A stretch of DNA of 51,712 nucleotides, from assembly GCA_964507305.1 (NCBI GenBank), contig CAZDPQ010000002.1:1-51712 (forward strand), written 5' to 3'. This document shows positions 24,145 to 33,652 of this stretch, piece after piece. Numbering within the stretch: the stretch's first letter is position 1; each line of letters begins with the position of its first letter. Under the pieces are notes generated by a model, which saw only the letters and a program-made list of their open reading frames with translations, made no database searches and was not told the origin of the DNA. This stretch comes from an uncultured Oscillospiraceae bacterium. GTDB lineage: Bacteria > Bacillota > Clostridia > Saccharofermentanales > UBA5734. The translations under genes were made by a program, and so were the position numbers.

Positions 24145-27021
24145 TCATTGTAATAGTTTACGCAGGTACTGTCCAGTATAGGAATTGTCGCACATCGCCA
24201 CCTCTTCCGGCGTACCGGCTGTTACGATCTCTCCGCCGGCATCCCCTCCGTCGGGGCCCAGGTCGATGATGTAGTCCGCCGTCTTGATCAGCTCTAGATT
24301 GTGCTCGATCACGATCACGGTGTTGCCGCTGTCGGTCAGGCGGTCCAGGATGTCCACAAGCTTGTGGACATCTGCGATGTGCAGTCCGGTCGTCGGCTCG
24401 TCCAAGATGTACAGGGTGCTGCCGGTGCCGCGCCTGGAGAGCTCGGAGGCCAGCTTCACCCGCTGCGCCTCGCCGCCGGAAAGCTGCGTCGACGGCTGTC
24501 CAAGCCGGATGTACCCGAGCCCGACCTCATCGAGCGTGACCAGCTTGCGGTGGATCCTGGGGATGGCCGAGAAAAATCCGACCGCTTCGCTGACAGTCAT
24601 GTCCAGCACATCCGAGATGTTCTTGCCTTTGTATTTCACCTCAAGCGTCTCGCGGTTGTAGCGCCTGCCCTTGCAGACATCGCATGTCACATAGATGTCC
24701 GGCAGAAAATGCATTTCGATCTTGTTGACCCCGTCGCCGGAGCAGGCCTCGCATCGTCCGCCCTTGACATTGAAGCTGAAGCGGCCCTGACGGTACCCTC
24801 TTGCCCTGGCGTCAGGTGTTTCGGCGAAAAGTCCCCGGATGAAATCGAATACGCCCGTATAAGTTGCCGGGTTCGACCGCGGCGTCCTGCCGATCGGCGA
24901 CTGGTCGATCGCGATCACCTTGTCCAGATGCTCCGCGCCGGCGATCCCGTCGCACTGGCCGCCGCTCCGCCGGGCTCCGTTGAGCTCGGCCATCAGCTTG
25001 TTGAGGATGATCCCGTTGACCAGAGAACTCTTGCCGGATCCCGATACCCCTGTGATGCAGGTCATGATGCCCAGGGGGATCTTCACCGTGATATTCTTGA
25101 GGTTGTTCTCCCTCGCACCGAAAACCGTCAGGAATTTTCCGCTCCCCGTCCGTCTCCGCTCAGGTACGCCGATGCTGCGGGTGCCGCTCAGGTATTGTCC
25201 CGTGATCGACTGCGGGCACGCCATGATCTCCCGGACCGTCCCCGCCGCGACGACATATCCCCCCGATTCGCCGGCAAGCGGCCCCATGTCCACGATATAG
25301 TCCGACTCCATCATCGTTTCCTCGTCATGCTCGACCACGAGGACCGTGTTGCCGAGGTCCCGCAGCTTCTTGAGAGTCGCGAGGAGGCGCATGTTGTCCT
25401 TCTGGTGCAGTCCGATGCTCGGCTCATCCAGGATGTACAGGACGCCCATCAGGCCCGAACCGATCTGGGTGGCAAGCCGGATCCGCTGCGCCTCGCCGCC
25501 TGAAAGCGTCGCGGAGCTCCGGGCGAGCGTCATGTATTCCAGCCCGACATCGGCCAGAAATCCAAGCCGCGCGTCGATTTCCTTGAGGATCCGTTCCGCG
25601 ATGATGGTTTTTCGCTCGCTCAGATGGAGCCTGGACAGGAACCTGCGCGATTTTTCGATCGGAAGGCAGGTCAGCTCATAGATGTTTTTCCCTCCGATCA
25701 GGACCGACAGGCTTTCCTTCTTCAGCCGGGCCCCCCGGCAAACCGGACAAGGTGTCCTGGACATGAACTGCTCGTAGTATTCCTTCATGTCCTCGGAAGA
25801 CGTCTCCCGGTACCGTCTCTCCATGATGGGGACGATCCCCTTGAAATCAGCCCGGTATTCCGGCCCGTGTGAATATTTGCTGTTGGTCGTGTCGATGGAC
25901 AGGATCTCGCCGCCGTTGCCGTACATGATGATTTTACGGATCCGTTCGGGAAGCTTGTAATAGGGGGTGTCGAGAGAAAAGCGGTATTTCGCCGCCAGCG
26001 CCTCGATGAAGGATCTGGCCCATGAATCGGGATCGCTGAAATTCCCTCCCCCGGCGACGATGGCGCCCTCGTTGAGCGAAAGCATGGGATCGGCGACGAC
26101 CAGGTCGGGATCGATGTCCAGCATGGTCCCGAGTCCGAGGCAATTCGGACAGGCGCCGAACGGATTGTTGAAAGAAAACATCCGCGGGGCCAGTTCGTCA
26201 AAGCTGATCTCGCAGTCCGGGCAGGCGAATTTCTGCGAAAAGAAATGCTCGCTTTCTTCAAAACGGAGCTCGTTTTCGTCCGGATCGGTCTCCGGGATCG
26301 GGATCCGCACCACCGCCTGGACGACGCCATCCGACAGGCGCGTCGCGGTTTCCACCGAATCCGCGATCCTACCGGAAATGTCCGGCCGCAGGATGATCCG
26401 GTCGATGACGGCCTCGATCGTGTGCTTCCGGTTCTTCTCCAGCACGATCTCCTCGTCAAGCTCCCGGTATTCGCCGTCGATCCGGACCCTGGAATAGCCG
26501 TCCTTACGGAGATCGTCGAGCAGCCGTGCGTATTCGCCCTTCCTGCCCCGTATCACGGGCGCCAGGATCAGTAGACGTGTCCCTTCCGGATAACGGGTCA
26601 GGGCATCCACGATTTGGTCGACCGATTGCTGTTCGATCAGTTTGCCGCACTCCGGGCAATGGGGCGTCCCGACGCGCGCATACAGCAGACGCAGATAATC
26701 GTAGATCTCGGTGACGGTACCGACGGTCGACCGCGGGTTCTTGCTGGTCGTCTTCTGGTCGATCGAGATCGCAGGGGAAAGCCCGTCAATCGAATCGACA
26801 TCCGGTTTCTCCATCTGTCCGAGGAACTGCCGGGCATAAGAAGACAGCGATTCCACATACCGGCGCTGCCCTTCGGCGTAAATCGTGTCAAAGGCCAGGG
26901 AGGATTTGCCCGAACCCGAAAGACCGGTCAGGACGACCAGCTTGTCCCGCGGGATCGTCAGGTCGATGTTCTTCAGATTGTGCTCGCGTGCACCTTTGAT
27001 GACGATCGAATCATGCTCCAT
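24145..27021 (-). CDS. uvrA: Excinuclease ABC subunit UvrA
   Basis: 958 aa. [23 protein letters not shown], two ABC modules, and zinc modules CPECG/CPDC and CEACSGDG...CDVCKGRRY. Confidence 0.95.
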   Translation of the reverse strand: MEHDSIVIKGAREHNLKNIDLTIPRDKLVVLTGLSGSGKSSLAFDTIYAEGQRRYVESLSSYARQFLGQMEKPDVDSIDGLSPAISIDQKTTSKNPRSTVGTVTEIYDYLRLLYARVGTPHCPECGKLIEQQSVDQIVDALTRYPEGTRLLILAPVIRGRKGEYARLLDDLRKDGYSRVRIDGEYRELDEEIVLEKNRKHTIEAVIDRIILRPDISGRIADSVETATRLSDGVVQAVVRIPIPETDPDENELRFEESEHFFSQKFACPDCEISFDELAPRMFSFNNPFGACPNCLGLGTMLDIDPDLVVADPMLSLNEGAIVAGGGNFSDPDSWARSFIEALAAKYRFSLDTPYYKLPERIRKIIMYGNGGEILSIDTTNSKYSHGPEYRADFKGIVPIMERRYRETSSEDMKEYYEQFMSRTPCPVCRGARLKKESLSVLIGGKNIYELTCLPIEKSRRFLSRLHLSERKTIIAERILKEIDARLGFLADVGLEYMTLARSSATLSGGEAQRIRLATQIGSGLMGVLYILDEPSIGLHQKDNMRLLATLKKLRDLGNTVLVVEHDEETMMESDYIVDMGPLAGESGGYVVAAGTVREIMACPQSITGQYLSGTRSIGVPERRRTGSGKFLTVFGARENNLKNITVKIPLGIMTCITGVSGSGKSSLVNGIILNKLMAELNGARRSGGQCDGIAGAEHLDKVIAIDQSPIGRTPRSNPATYTGVFDFIRGLFAETPDARARGYRQGRFSFNVKGGRCEACSGDGVNKIEMHFLPDIYVTCDVCKGRRYNRETLEVKYKGKNISDVLDMTVSEAVGFFSAIPRIHRKLVTLDEVGLGYIRLGQPSTQLSGGEAQRVKLASELSRRGTGSTLYILDEPTTGLHIADVHKLVDILDRLTDSGNTVIVIEHNLELIKTADYIIDLGPDGGDAGGEIVTAGTPEEVAMCDNSYTGQYLRKLLQ

Positions 27022-27071
27022 GGCTGCACTCCGGGTCCTTTCGATGCATAAAATACAGGGATATTTTATAC

Positions 27072-27100
27072 TTGCATAATAAAATTAGCAATGATATAAT
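27072..27100 (+). promoter_or_regulatory. Promoter of tRNA-Glu (TTGCAT-17-TGaTATAAT, extended -10)
   Basis: TTGCAT at 27072-27077, TG at 27092-27093 and TATAAT at 27095-27100. It sits back to back with the uvrA promoter region. Confidence 0.7.
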
Positions 27101-27116
27101 CAACCACGCATTGCGC

Positions 27117-27191
27117 GGCCCTATGGTCAAGCGGTCAAGACGCCGCCCTCTCAAGGCGGAATCAGGAGTTCAATTCTCCTTAGGGTCACCA
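27117..27191 (+). tRNA. tRNA-Glu (anticodon CTC), CCA encoded
   Basis: Manual cloverleaf. Acceptor GGCCCTA/TAGGGTC, anticodon arm CCGCC-CTCTCAA-GGCGG, T arm AGGAG-TTCAATT-CTCCT. 72 nt plus CCA. Confidence 0.88.
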
Positions 27192-27192
27192 A

Positions 27193-27222
27193 GAAAAAAG
27201 AGGCTTCGAAGCCTCTTTTTCA
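27193..27222. terminator. Bidirectional intrinsic terminator (tRNA-Glu on +, blaI-like gene on -)
   Basis: AAAAAAA-GAGGCTTCGAAGCCTC-TTTTT palindromic hairpin flanked by an A-tract and a T-tract. Confidence 0.75.
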
Positions 27223-27244
27223 TTTACAGAGTCCAAGATGCTTT

Positions 27245-27610
27245 TTACAGTAGCTTTTTCAGCGTCTTGCGATCCTCGACCGAAAGATAATTGCCGGTGA
27301 CCAGCTCGTTGACCAGCATCGCGGCATTACCGTTGTATACGCGCCTGACGAATGTTTCCGTGAAAGACTTCAAAGCTTCTTCTCTATTGACAAGCGGATA
27401 ATACAGGAAAGCATAGCCCGTCCTGTTCGTCCCAACGACCTTCTTCAATACGAGCCTGGAAACCATGGTCTGGATCGTTGTTCTGCTCCAGGGTGTGTTG
27501 CTGAGAGCCTTGACGATTTCCCCCATATACATCGGCTGCTGCCTGTTCCAGATCGCGTGCATGACAAGCCACTCGGATTCGGAAATCTTGAATTCATTTT
27601 CCTGGTACAT
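27245..27610 (-). CDS. BlaI/MecI/CopY-family winged-helix transcriptional repressor
   Basis: 121 aa. ISESEWLVMHAIWNRQQPMYMGEIVKAL...WSRTTIQTMVSRLVLKKVV. No BlaR1/MecR1-type sensor gene is adjacent. Confidence 0.82.
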   Translation of the reverse strand: MYQENEFKISESEWLVMHAIWNRQQPMYMGEIVKALSNTPWSRTTIQTMVSRLVLKKVVGTNRTGYAFLYYPLVNREEALKSFTETFVRRVYNGNAAMLVNELVTGNYLSVEDRKTLKKLL

Positions 27611-27671
27611 GTTGTTTACCCCCTTCCTACAATTACAGATGAATTACCCGATTAATTACATTATACCGTAA

Positions 27672-27691
27672 TGACTAAACATTTTTAGTCA
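27672..27691. promoter_or_regulatory. 8-4-8 palindrome TGACTAAA-CATT-TTTAGTCA in the blaI-like upstream region (candidate operator)
   Basis: Read directly from the sequence. On the minus strand it is followed by three GTAATT direct repeats at roughly helical-turn spacing, before the RBS. Confidence 0.4.
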
Positions 27692-27730
27692 AAAATTAGG
27701 CAAATCATCCCGGATTATGTTAACAAATGT

Positions 27731-27752
27731 AGAAAGAAACGCCGTCTCGGCG
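27731..27752 (-). terminator. Intrinsic terminator of the acn-gntR-citrate synthase operon
   Basis: Minus strand reads CGCCG-AGA-CGGCG followed by TTTCTTTCT, 36 nt after the citrate synthase stop. Confidence 0.55.
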
Positions 27753-27787
27753 GAGAACCGTCCCGGATCGCCGCCGGAGCAGCATTT

Positions 27788-29152
27788 TCAGCCTCGCTTG
27801 TCCATCGGCGTGTATTCGCGGCGCTTCATGACGCATTTGTACGCAGGACGGAGGATCCTGCCGCCGCTGACGATTTCCTCAATGCGGTGCGCGCTCCATC
27901 CGGCGATCCTGGCTGCCGCAAAAATCGGAGTGAAAAGCTCGTGCGGGATCCGGAGCATATCATAGACGAAGCCGGAATAGAAATCCACGTTGGCGCAGAC
28001 GACCTTGTTGTTTTTCTTGACACGGTAGAAGACTTCAGGCGCCAGGCGTTCGGTGATCGTATACAGCTCGTATTCGTCTTCCCTTCCCGCTTCGAACGCA
28101 AGGGCGCGCGCGTAATCGCGCAGGAGCTTCGCCCTCGGGTCCGAAACCGTGTAGACGGCATGGCCGACACCGTAAATCAGGCCGGAACGGTCGTATGCTT
28201 CCTTATTCAGGATCGCGGTCAGATAATTCTCGACTTCGATCTCGCTCCGCCAGTTCCTGACACTGGCTTTCAGGTCCTGCATCATGTCGTAGGCCTTGCC
28301 GCTCGCGCCGCCGTGCTGCGGGCCTTTCAGCGAACCGACGGCGGAAGCCATGACCGCGAAGGAGTCCGATCCGGTCGATGACACCGCGTGGGTGACGAAT
28401 GTCGAGTTGTTGCCTCCGCCGTGTTCCGCGTGCAGAACGAGGGCAAGGTCAAGGACTCTGGCCTCCAGCTCGGTGAATTTTCCATCCGGACGGATCAGGT
28501 GAAGGATGTTCTGCGCCGTGTTGTATTCCGGCCTGGGGGAGTGGATGAACAGGCTCTCCCGGTCAATGTAGTGCTTTTTGGCCATATAGGCGTAGGAAAT
28601 CAGCATCGGGGTCACGGATATCATCAATATGCACTGCCTCAGGACATTTTCGATGTCCGTGCTGTCCGGATCGCTGTCATAGGAATACAGGGCAAGGTAG
28701 GTCCGCGCGAGCTTGTTCATGATATCCGGGCTTGGCGCCTTCATGATCATGTCTTCGGTGAAATTATACGGAAGGCTGCGCGTGGCCGCCATCAGCTTCT
28801 CGAATTTCACAAGCTGCTCCTTCGTCGGGAGCTGCCCGAAAAGCAGCAGATAGACGCACTCCTCGAACCCGTACCGCTTTTCCTGGTAAAAACCGTTGAC
28901 GAGGCTGTTGATCTCGATGCCCCTGTAAAAGAGCCGGCCTTCGACCGGGATCCGCTCGTTGTCGTCCATGATATAGGAGAAAACTTCGCCGACTTCGGTC
29001 AGGCCGACAAGAACGCCGGTCCCGTCATCGTTGCGCAGGCCTCTCTTGACGTTGTACCTTGCGAAAAGCGCCGGGTCGATCTGCGCGTTGGAAGCCGCAT
29101 CCGTCACCAGTTCAGCGAACAAAGCGTCTTTGTCGTACTTAGCCTCTGTCAT
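27788..29152 (-). CDS. gltA: Citrate (Si)-synthase
   Basis: LHAEHGGGNNSTF, LKGPQHGGA and GVGHAVYTVSDPR. 454 aa. The ATG directly abuts the TAA stop of the upstream gntR gene. Confidence 0.92.
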   Translation of the reverse strand: MTEAKYDKDALFAELVTDAASNAQIDPALFARYNVKRGLRNDDGTGVLVGLTEVGEVFSYIMDDNERIPVEGRLFYRGIEINSLVNGFYQEKRYGFEECVYLLLFGQLPTKEQLVKFEKLMAATRSLPYNFTEDMIMKAPSPDIMNKLARTYLALYSYDSDPDSTDIENVLRQCILMISVTPMLISYAYMAKKHYIDRESLFIHSPRPEYNTAQNILHLIRPDGKFTELEARVLDLALVLHAEHGGGNNSTFVTHAVSSTGSDSFAVMASAVGSLKGPQHGGASGKAYDMMQDLKASVRNWRSEIEVENYLTAILNKEAYDRSGLIYGVGHAVYTVSDPRAKLLRDYARALAFEAGREDEYELYTITERLAPEVFYRVKKNNKVVCANVDFYSGFVYDMLRIPHELFTPIFAAARIAGWSAHRIEEIVSGGRILRPAYKCVMKRREYTPMDKRG

Positions 29153-29815
29153 TTATATCATCTCCTTCTCCATCAATGTCTGGATAAAACTTTCCTTTGC
29201 ATGCCTGACATGGTCTTCCATCATCTTCTGTGCCCGGTTGCTGTCTTTGTCCCGTATCGCCTCGTAAATCCCGCAGTGCTCTGCGAAAGCCCGTGCGGCC
29301 CGGGTCCCCGAAGCCAGGGAGCGGGTTCTCGCGATACGCGTGTGCTGCATCAGCGTCGCGAGCTGGATTTCGAAAAAGCGGCTTCCGCTCGCCCGGATGA
29401 TCGCGTCATGGAATTCATAATCGGATCGCTGGAATTCGGGAATATCCTTGCGGTCCGCCAGGTCCTTTTCGCGGTCCAGGACATTCTGTATGTTCTCCAG
29501 TGATTCGCGGGTGATGCTTTCGCATGCCCTTCTCGCCGCGATCCCTTCGATATGGGAGCGGATGTCGTACATATCCTTGATGTCCTGCAGGCTCAAGCCC
29601 CGGACCACCACCCCTTTATTGGGGATCGCGTCGACCAGCCCGTCCATGTCCAGCTGGGCGAAGGCTTCCCGGACGGGCGTCCTGCTGACGCCCAGCGATT
29701 TCGAAATCCGGTCCTCCGTAAGGGCTTCCCCCTGCCGGTATGTCTGATTCAGGATATTCTCCGCGATCCGGTTGTACACATCGACGCGGAGCATGCCATG
29801 CTTGACCTGCTGCAT
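29153..29815 (-). CDS. GntR-family transcriptional regulator, FadR/FCD subfamily (220 aa)
   Basis: wHTH region EDRISKSLGVSRTPVREAFAQLDMDGLV. FCD-type helical C-terminus with DYEFHDAIIRAS. The internal ATG at 29815 lies 12 nt after the aconitase stop. The track ORF extends to 30235 only by reading off-frame through the aconitase gene. Confidence 0.85.
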   Translation of the reverse strand: MQQVKHGMLRVDVYNRIAENILNQTYRQGEALTEDRISKSLGVSRTPVREAFAQLDMDGLVDAIPNKGVVVRGLSLQDIKDMYDIRSHIEGIAARRACESITRESLENIQNVLDREKDLADRKDIPEFQRSDYEFHDAIIRASGSRFFEIQLATLMQHTRIARTRSLASGTRAARAFAEHCGIYEAIRDKDSNRAQKMMEDHVRHAKESFIQTLMEKEMI

Positions 29816-29826
29816 GCCGGTACCGC

Positions 29827-31752
29827 CTATTCTCTGGTATAGTTGAGCATCCCCCCTGCGAGGAGGATGCCTGCCTGACGGTCGGATACATCGATCCGCG
29901 TTTCGAACGTGTACCCCTGCGTCCGGTTTTCCACCGGGATCCGGATTTCTCCGCCCTGAGTGAAATACGCTGCGGCGTCGGAGATCCTCAAGACATCTCC
30001 CATGCGGATCCGGGAATGTTCTCCGCTGTCCGCAAAGGTCAGCGGGAGGATGCCGCTGTTGATCAGGTTGGCCTTGTGGATCCTGGCAAAGGACACCGCC
30101 AGGACAGCCCGGATGCCGAGCTGCAGCGGGGCAAGCGCTGCGTGTTCCCTGCTGGACCCCTGTCCGTAATTGGCTCCTGCGACGATGATGCCCCCGCCCT
30201 TTTCTTTTGCCCTTGCCGGGAAGCCGGGATCGCACGGGGTCAGGCAGAAGTCGGCGAGATACGGAACATTCGAGCGGTATGGAAGCAACTTTGCATTGGA
30301 TGGCATGATATGGTCGGTCGTGATGTTGTCTTCGAGGAGGATCAGCACTTCGCCCTCGAGATCGCCCTGCAATGGCTTGTTGACAGGGAAAGGCCTGATG
30401 TTCGGCCCGCGGACGATTTCCACACTGTTGCCGGGCGGCTCCGGCAGGATGATGAGGTTGTCATTGATTTCGAATGTCTCCGGCATGGGGAAAGACGGCA
30501 TCGGGCCTAGTACCGACGGGTCGGACAGGTATCCGTTGACGGCGCTCAGGGCGGCCGTTTCGGGGCTGACGAGATAGACCTGCGCGGACGCTGTCCCGCT
30601 GCGCGCGTAAAAATTGCGGTTGTTGGTCCGAAGGGATACCGCGTTGCTCTTCGGAGACTGTCCCATCCCGATGCACGGGCCGCAGGCCGCTTCGAGGATC
30701 CTCGCGCCTGCGGAGATCATGTCGGAGAGAGCGCCGCTTTTTGCCAGCATGTTGAGGACCTGCCTGGAGCCGGGGGCGATCACAAGGGAGACATCCGGGT
30801 GGACCGTCCTGCCTCTGAGGATCCAAGCGGTCTTCATCATGTCCAGAAGGGATGAATTCGTGCAGCTGCCGATGCAGACCTGGTCGACCGCGATCGGTCC
30901 GATGGCGCGGACCGTGTCGACATTGTCCGGGCTGTGCGGCTTCGCGGCAAGGGGCACGAGGGTCGAAAGGTCGATCGTAATGGTCTCGTCATACGACGCA
31001 TCCGCGTCGGGCTGAAGCTCCGTAAAATCCTCTTCCCTGCCCTGGGCTCTCATGAAAGCCCGCGTCACGCCGTCGGCCGGGAAAATGGAGGTCGTCGCGC
31101 CGAGTTCCGCGCCCATGTTGGCGATCGTGGCTCTTTCGGGGACGGAAAGGAAGGCCAGGCCGTCGCCGCGGTATTCGATGATCTTGCCGACGCCGCCCTT
31201 GACGGTCATTCGGCGCAGGATCTCGAGGATGATGTCCTTGGCGCCGACCCAGTCGGGAAGCCTGCCGGTCAGCTCGATGGCGCAGATGCCCGGCATGGTG
31301 ATGTAGTACGGTCCGCCGCCCATGGCGACGGCGACATCGAGCCCTCCGGCCCCGATCGCCAGCATGCCGAGACCTCCGCAGGTCGGGGTATGGCTGTCCG
31401 ATCCGAGCAGGGTCTGTCCCGGGACCGCAAATCGCTCGATGTGCACCTGATGGCAAACGCCGTTCCCCGGTTTGGAAAACAAAATCCCGTATTTCGACGC
31501 AACCGTCTGGATGTACTTATGGTCGTCCGCGTTTTCGAAGCCGGTCTGCAGGGTATTATGGTCGATATACGCCACCGATCGCTTCGTGCGGACCCTCGGG
31601 ATCCCGATCGCCTCGAATTGAAGATACGCCATCGTCCCCGTGGAATCCTGCGTCAGCGTCTGATCGATCCGGACCGCGATTTCCCTTCCTGGGACCATCT
31701 CTCCGGACAGCAGGTGTTCCCTGATGATTTTCTGCGCAAGATTGCAGCCCAT
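29827..31752 (-). CDS. Aconitate hydratase (641-aa short form)
   Basis: Fe-S ligand motifs LLGSDSHTPTCGG, CIGSCTNSS and ACGPCIGMG. Swivel domain with GANYGQGSSREHAA. Confidence 0.92.
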   Translation of the reverse strand: MGCNLAQKIIREHLLSGEMVPGREIAVRIDQTLTQDSTGTMAYLQFEAIGIPRVRTKRSVAYIDHNTLQTGFENADDHKYIQTVASKYGILFSKPGNGVCHQVHIERFAVPGQTLLGSDSHTPTCGGLGMLAIGAGGLDVAVAMGGGPYYITMPGICAIELTGRLPDWVGAKDIILEILRRMTVKGGVGKIIEYRGDGLAFLSVPERATIANMGAELGATTSIFPADGVTRAFMRAQGREEDFTELQPDADASYDETITIDLSTLVPLAAKPHSPDNVDTVRAIGPIAVDQVCIGSCTNSSLLDMMKTAWILRGRTVHPDVSLVIAPGSRQVLNMLAKSGALSDMISAGARILEAACGPCIGMGQSPKSNAVSLRTNNRNFYARSGTASAQVYLVSPETAALSAVNGYLSDPSVLGPMPSFPMPETFEINDNLIILPEPPGNSVEIVRGPNIRPFPVNKPLQGDLEGEVLILLEDNITTDHIMPSNAKLLPYRSNVPYLADFCLTPCDPGFPARAKEKGGGIIVAGANYGQGSSREHAALAPLQLGIRAVLAVSFARIHKANLINSGILPLTFADSGEHSRIRMGDVLRISDAAAYFTQGGEIRIPVENRTQGYTFETRIDVSDRQAGILLAGGMLNYTRE

Positions 31753-31766
31753 GCCATGCCTCCCAT

Positions 31767-31810
31767 AATTGTATACAATTTATCATATAATAAAACAGCA
31801 GCAGATGCAA
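31767..31810 (-). promoter_or_regulatory. acn operon promoter (TTGCAT-17-TATGAT) with a perfect 14-bp palindrome AATTGTATACAATT at the transcription-start / 5' UTR position
   Basis: -35 at plus coordinates 31805-31810, -10 at 31782-31787, palindrome at 31767-31780. The GGGAGG RBS follows immediately. The palindrome core TGT-ATAC-A fits the GntR/FadR t.GT...AC.a operator type. Confidence 0.6.
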
Positions 31811-31851
31811 CCCTGAAAATACCCGGAAGTCCGGACGAAAATGCCCGGAAG

Positions 31852-33009
31852 TCAGACAAATTCCACGAAGACCCGGTTCGCGTAATCCAGTCCGGTGCCG
31901 GTCAGACGGTACATTCCACCGGAACGGCAAACCAGCCCCCGGCGGATCAGAGACTCGATGCGCGGCAGGAATTCCTCGAACCCTCCGCCGAAAGTACGGT
32001 CGAACCGTTCCCTGCCGACCCCGTCCAACAGACGGAACCCCAGCATGAAAAACTCAGCTTTCATATCCTCGTCCCTGAGGATGATTTCATCGGACGGAGC
32101 CCATGACCCGGCCGAAGCGACCTGGCTGATATAGCATTCGATTTCGGGTATATTGGAGTAGCGCATGCGATTGAAATAGGAATGCGCGCCCGCGCCGAAT
32201 CCGAAATATTCCTCCCCTTCCCAGCATGAAACATTGTGCCGGCAACGGAAACCCGGCTTTGCGAAATTACTGATTTCATAGTGCTCGAAACCCTTCCGGC
32301 GCAGCGTTTCGATCGACTGATGGTACATCTCCCGCTCGGCTTCGGAGTCCGGTAAACTGCTGTCGTCCCTCGAATACAGGTCGTGAAAAACCGTGCCCGG
32401 TTCGATCGAAAGCGCGTAGAGCGATAGATGCCTGATGTCGTAGGATGTTACGAATTCCAGGGATTCGGCAAGATCCGCCTGGGTCTGCCCCGGGAGCCCT
32501 TCCATCAGGTCGACGCCGATATTGACGAAGCCCGCGCGGAAAAACGCTTCGATCGTCCGCACGAAATCCTCCGCCCGGTGAGTCCGTCCGACCATCTCGA
32601 GAAGACGTCCTGATGCGGACTGGAGGCCGATGCTGATCCGGTTGACGCCGGCCGACCGGTATTCGCCGATTTTCCTCTCATCGGCGGTACCGGGATTGCA
32701 CTCGATCGTGATCTCGCAATCCGGACCGATCCCGAAGTATCTGTCCAGCGATTCAAGGACTTCCCGGATCCAGTGGGGCTCCACATAGGTGGGCGTCCCT
32801 CCGCCGAAAAAAATCGTACGAAGCGGAACGATGCCGATCTCCGAATCGGACTTAAGCTTTTCGGAGAACATCCGGATCTCCCGGAGCAGCGCGCCGAAAT
32901 ATCCGTCGATCAGGCTATCTTTTCCCGCATAGGAATTGAAATCGCAGTAAAAACATTTGCTGCGGCAGAACGGTACATGGATATAGGCGGAAGATGCGGA
33001 TCGGATCAT
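31852..33009 (-). CDS. hemW: Radical SAM heme chaperone HemW (HemN-like, oxygen-independent coproporphyrinogen oxidase family)
   Basis: YIHVPFCRSKCFYCDF CxxxCxxC motif, GGGTP, and a HemN_C-like C-terminus. 385 aa. Confidence 0.88.
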   Translation of the reverse strand: MIRSASSAYIHVPFCRSKCFYCDFNSYAGKDSLIDGYFGALLREIRMFSEKLKSDSEIGIVPLRTIFFGGGTPTYVEPHWIREVLESLDRYFGIGPDCEITIECNPGTADERKIGEYRSAGVNRISIGLQSASGRLLEMVGRTHRAEDFVRTIEAFFRAGFVNIGVDLMEGLPGQTQADLAESLEFVTSYDIRHLSLYALSIEPGTVFHDLYSRDDSSLPDSEAEREMYHQSIETLRRKGFEHYEISNFAKPGFRCRHNVSCWEGEEYFGFGAGAHSYFNRMRYSNIPEIECYISQVASAGSWAPSDEIILRDEDMKAEFFMLGFRLLDGVGRERFDRTFGGGFEEFLPRIESLIRRGLVCRSGGMYRLTGTGLDYANRVFVEFV

Positions 33010-33110
33010 GTCGGTCTCCCGGAATCTGCCGGTTCCTTCATTACGGTAAAATCATAGCAGAATGCCGGCTGTTTGTCATCCGCGGACCGATATGGTAGTA
33101 TGCATATCGG

Positions 33111-33650
33111 ATGAAGCCTTCCGGTATGGACCGATGCGGCGGATCATCCGGAGGTGCTTCGGTGGCAGAGTGGCTCCAGGCGGGACAAGCGGCTGCATCC
33201 GATGACGGCGGGGATGGCTCTTCCGCCGGCACGGAGGATCTTGCCCTGCTCCGGGACGGTCAGTCGCTTTCGATCGGTGATCCGGGCGGTGACCGGCTGG
33301 ATGTGTCAGTGCGCGCGCCATCGCCCTCCACCGGGATCCACGAATTCCGCTTTCATCTTGGCTGTCCCCGGCGTTTCAGTGTCGGATTCCGGGTGCCTGC
33401 CGATGCCGTCAACGCGTGCGTGACGCTGAACGGGTTACTTTTGACCGGTTTTTTTGCGGATCGGCTTCCGGACGATGCCGTAACGCCGGATTGCATGAAA
33501 GACCCGTCTCTGATGAAAACCGGGCATGGACACGAACTGTCATCGACCCTGGCTCCCGGCAGGATGCAGATCCTGAACTTCCGGTGGCATCCCGGCGATG
33601 TCCTGTCTGTTTACCTCTATATGGACTGCTGCGGAGATCTCTCCGTCTGA
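33111..33650 (+). CDS. Hypothetical 179-aa ORF; C-terminal half resembles the terminal beta-sandwich of DUF1680/GH127-type glycosidases (possible gene remnant)
   Basis: This is the only plausible ORF in the 640-bp hemW/M28 gap. FSVGFRVPADAVNACVTLNG...GRMQILNFRWHPGDVLSVYLYMD recalls the GH127 C-terminal pattern (recognition from memory). The N-terminal 60 aa are G/S/A-rich and weak. No clear RBS. Confidence 0.35.
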   Translation: MKPSGMDRCGGSSGGASVAEWLQAGQAAASDDGGDGSSAGTEDLALLRDGQSLSIGDPGGDRLDVSVRAPSPSTGIHEFRFHLGCPRRFSVGFRVPADAVNACVTLNGLLLTGFFADRLPDDAVTPDCMKDPSLMKTGHGHELSSTLAPGRMQILNFRWHPGDVLSVYLYMDCCGDLSV

Positions 33651-33652
33651 CC

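Noticed and set aside
27022-27116. Search for a canonical LexA (GAAC-N4-GTTC) box upstream of uvrA.
   Set aside because: None is present in the 95-bp spacer. Only back-to-back promoter-like elements for uvrA and tRNA-Glu were seen.
29816-30235. N-terminal 140-aa extension of the GntR ORF in the track (start 30235). Similar extensions exist for 19372-20373, 3509-3898, 41154-41693, 46443-47402 and 47844-50300.
   Set aside because: The extensions read off-frame through a neighbouring gene or through promoter DNA and are R/G-rich. In most cases the internal start has a Shine-Dalgarno sequence, and in each case it gives a family-typical N-terminus.
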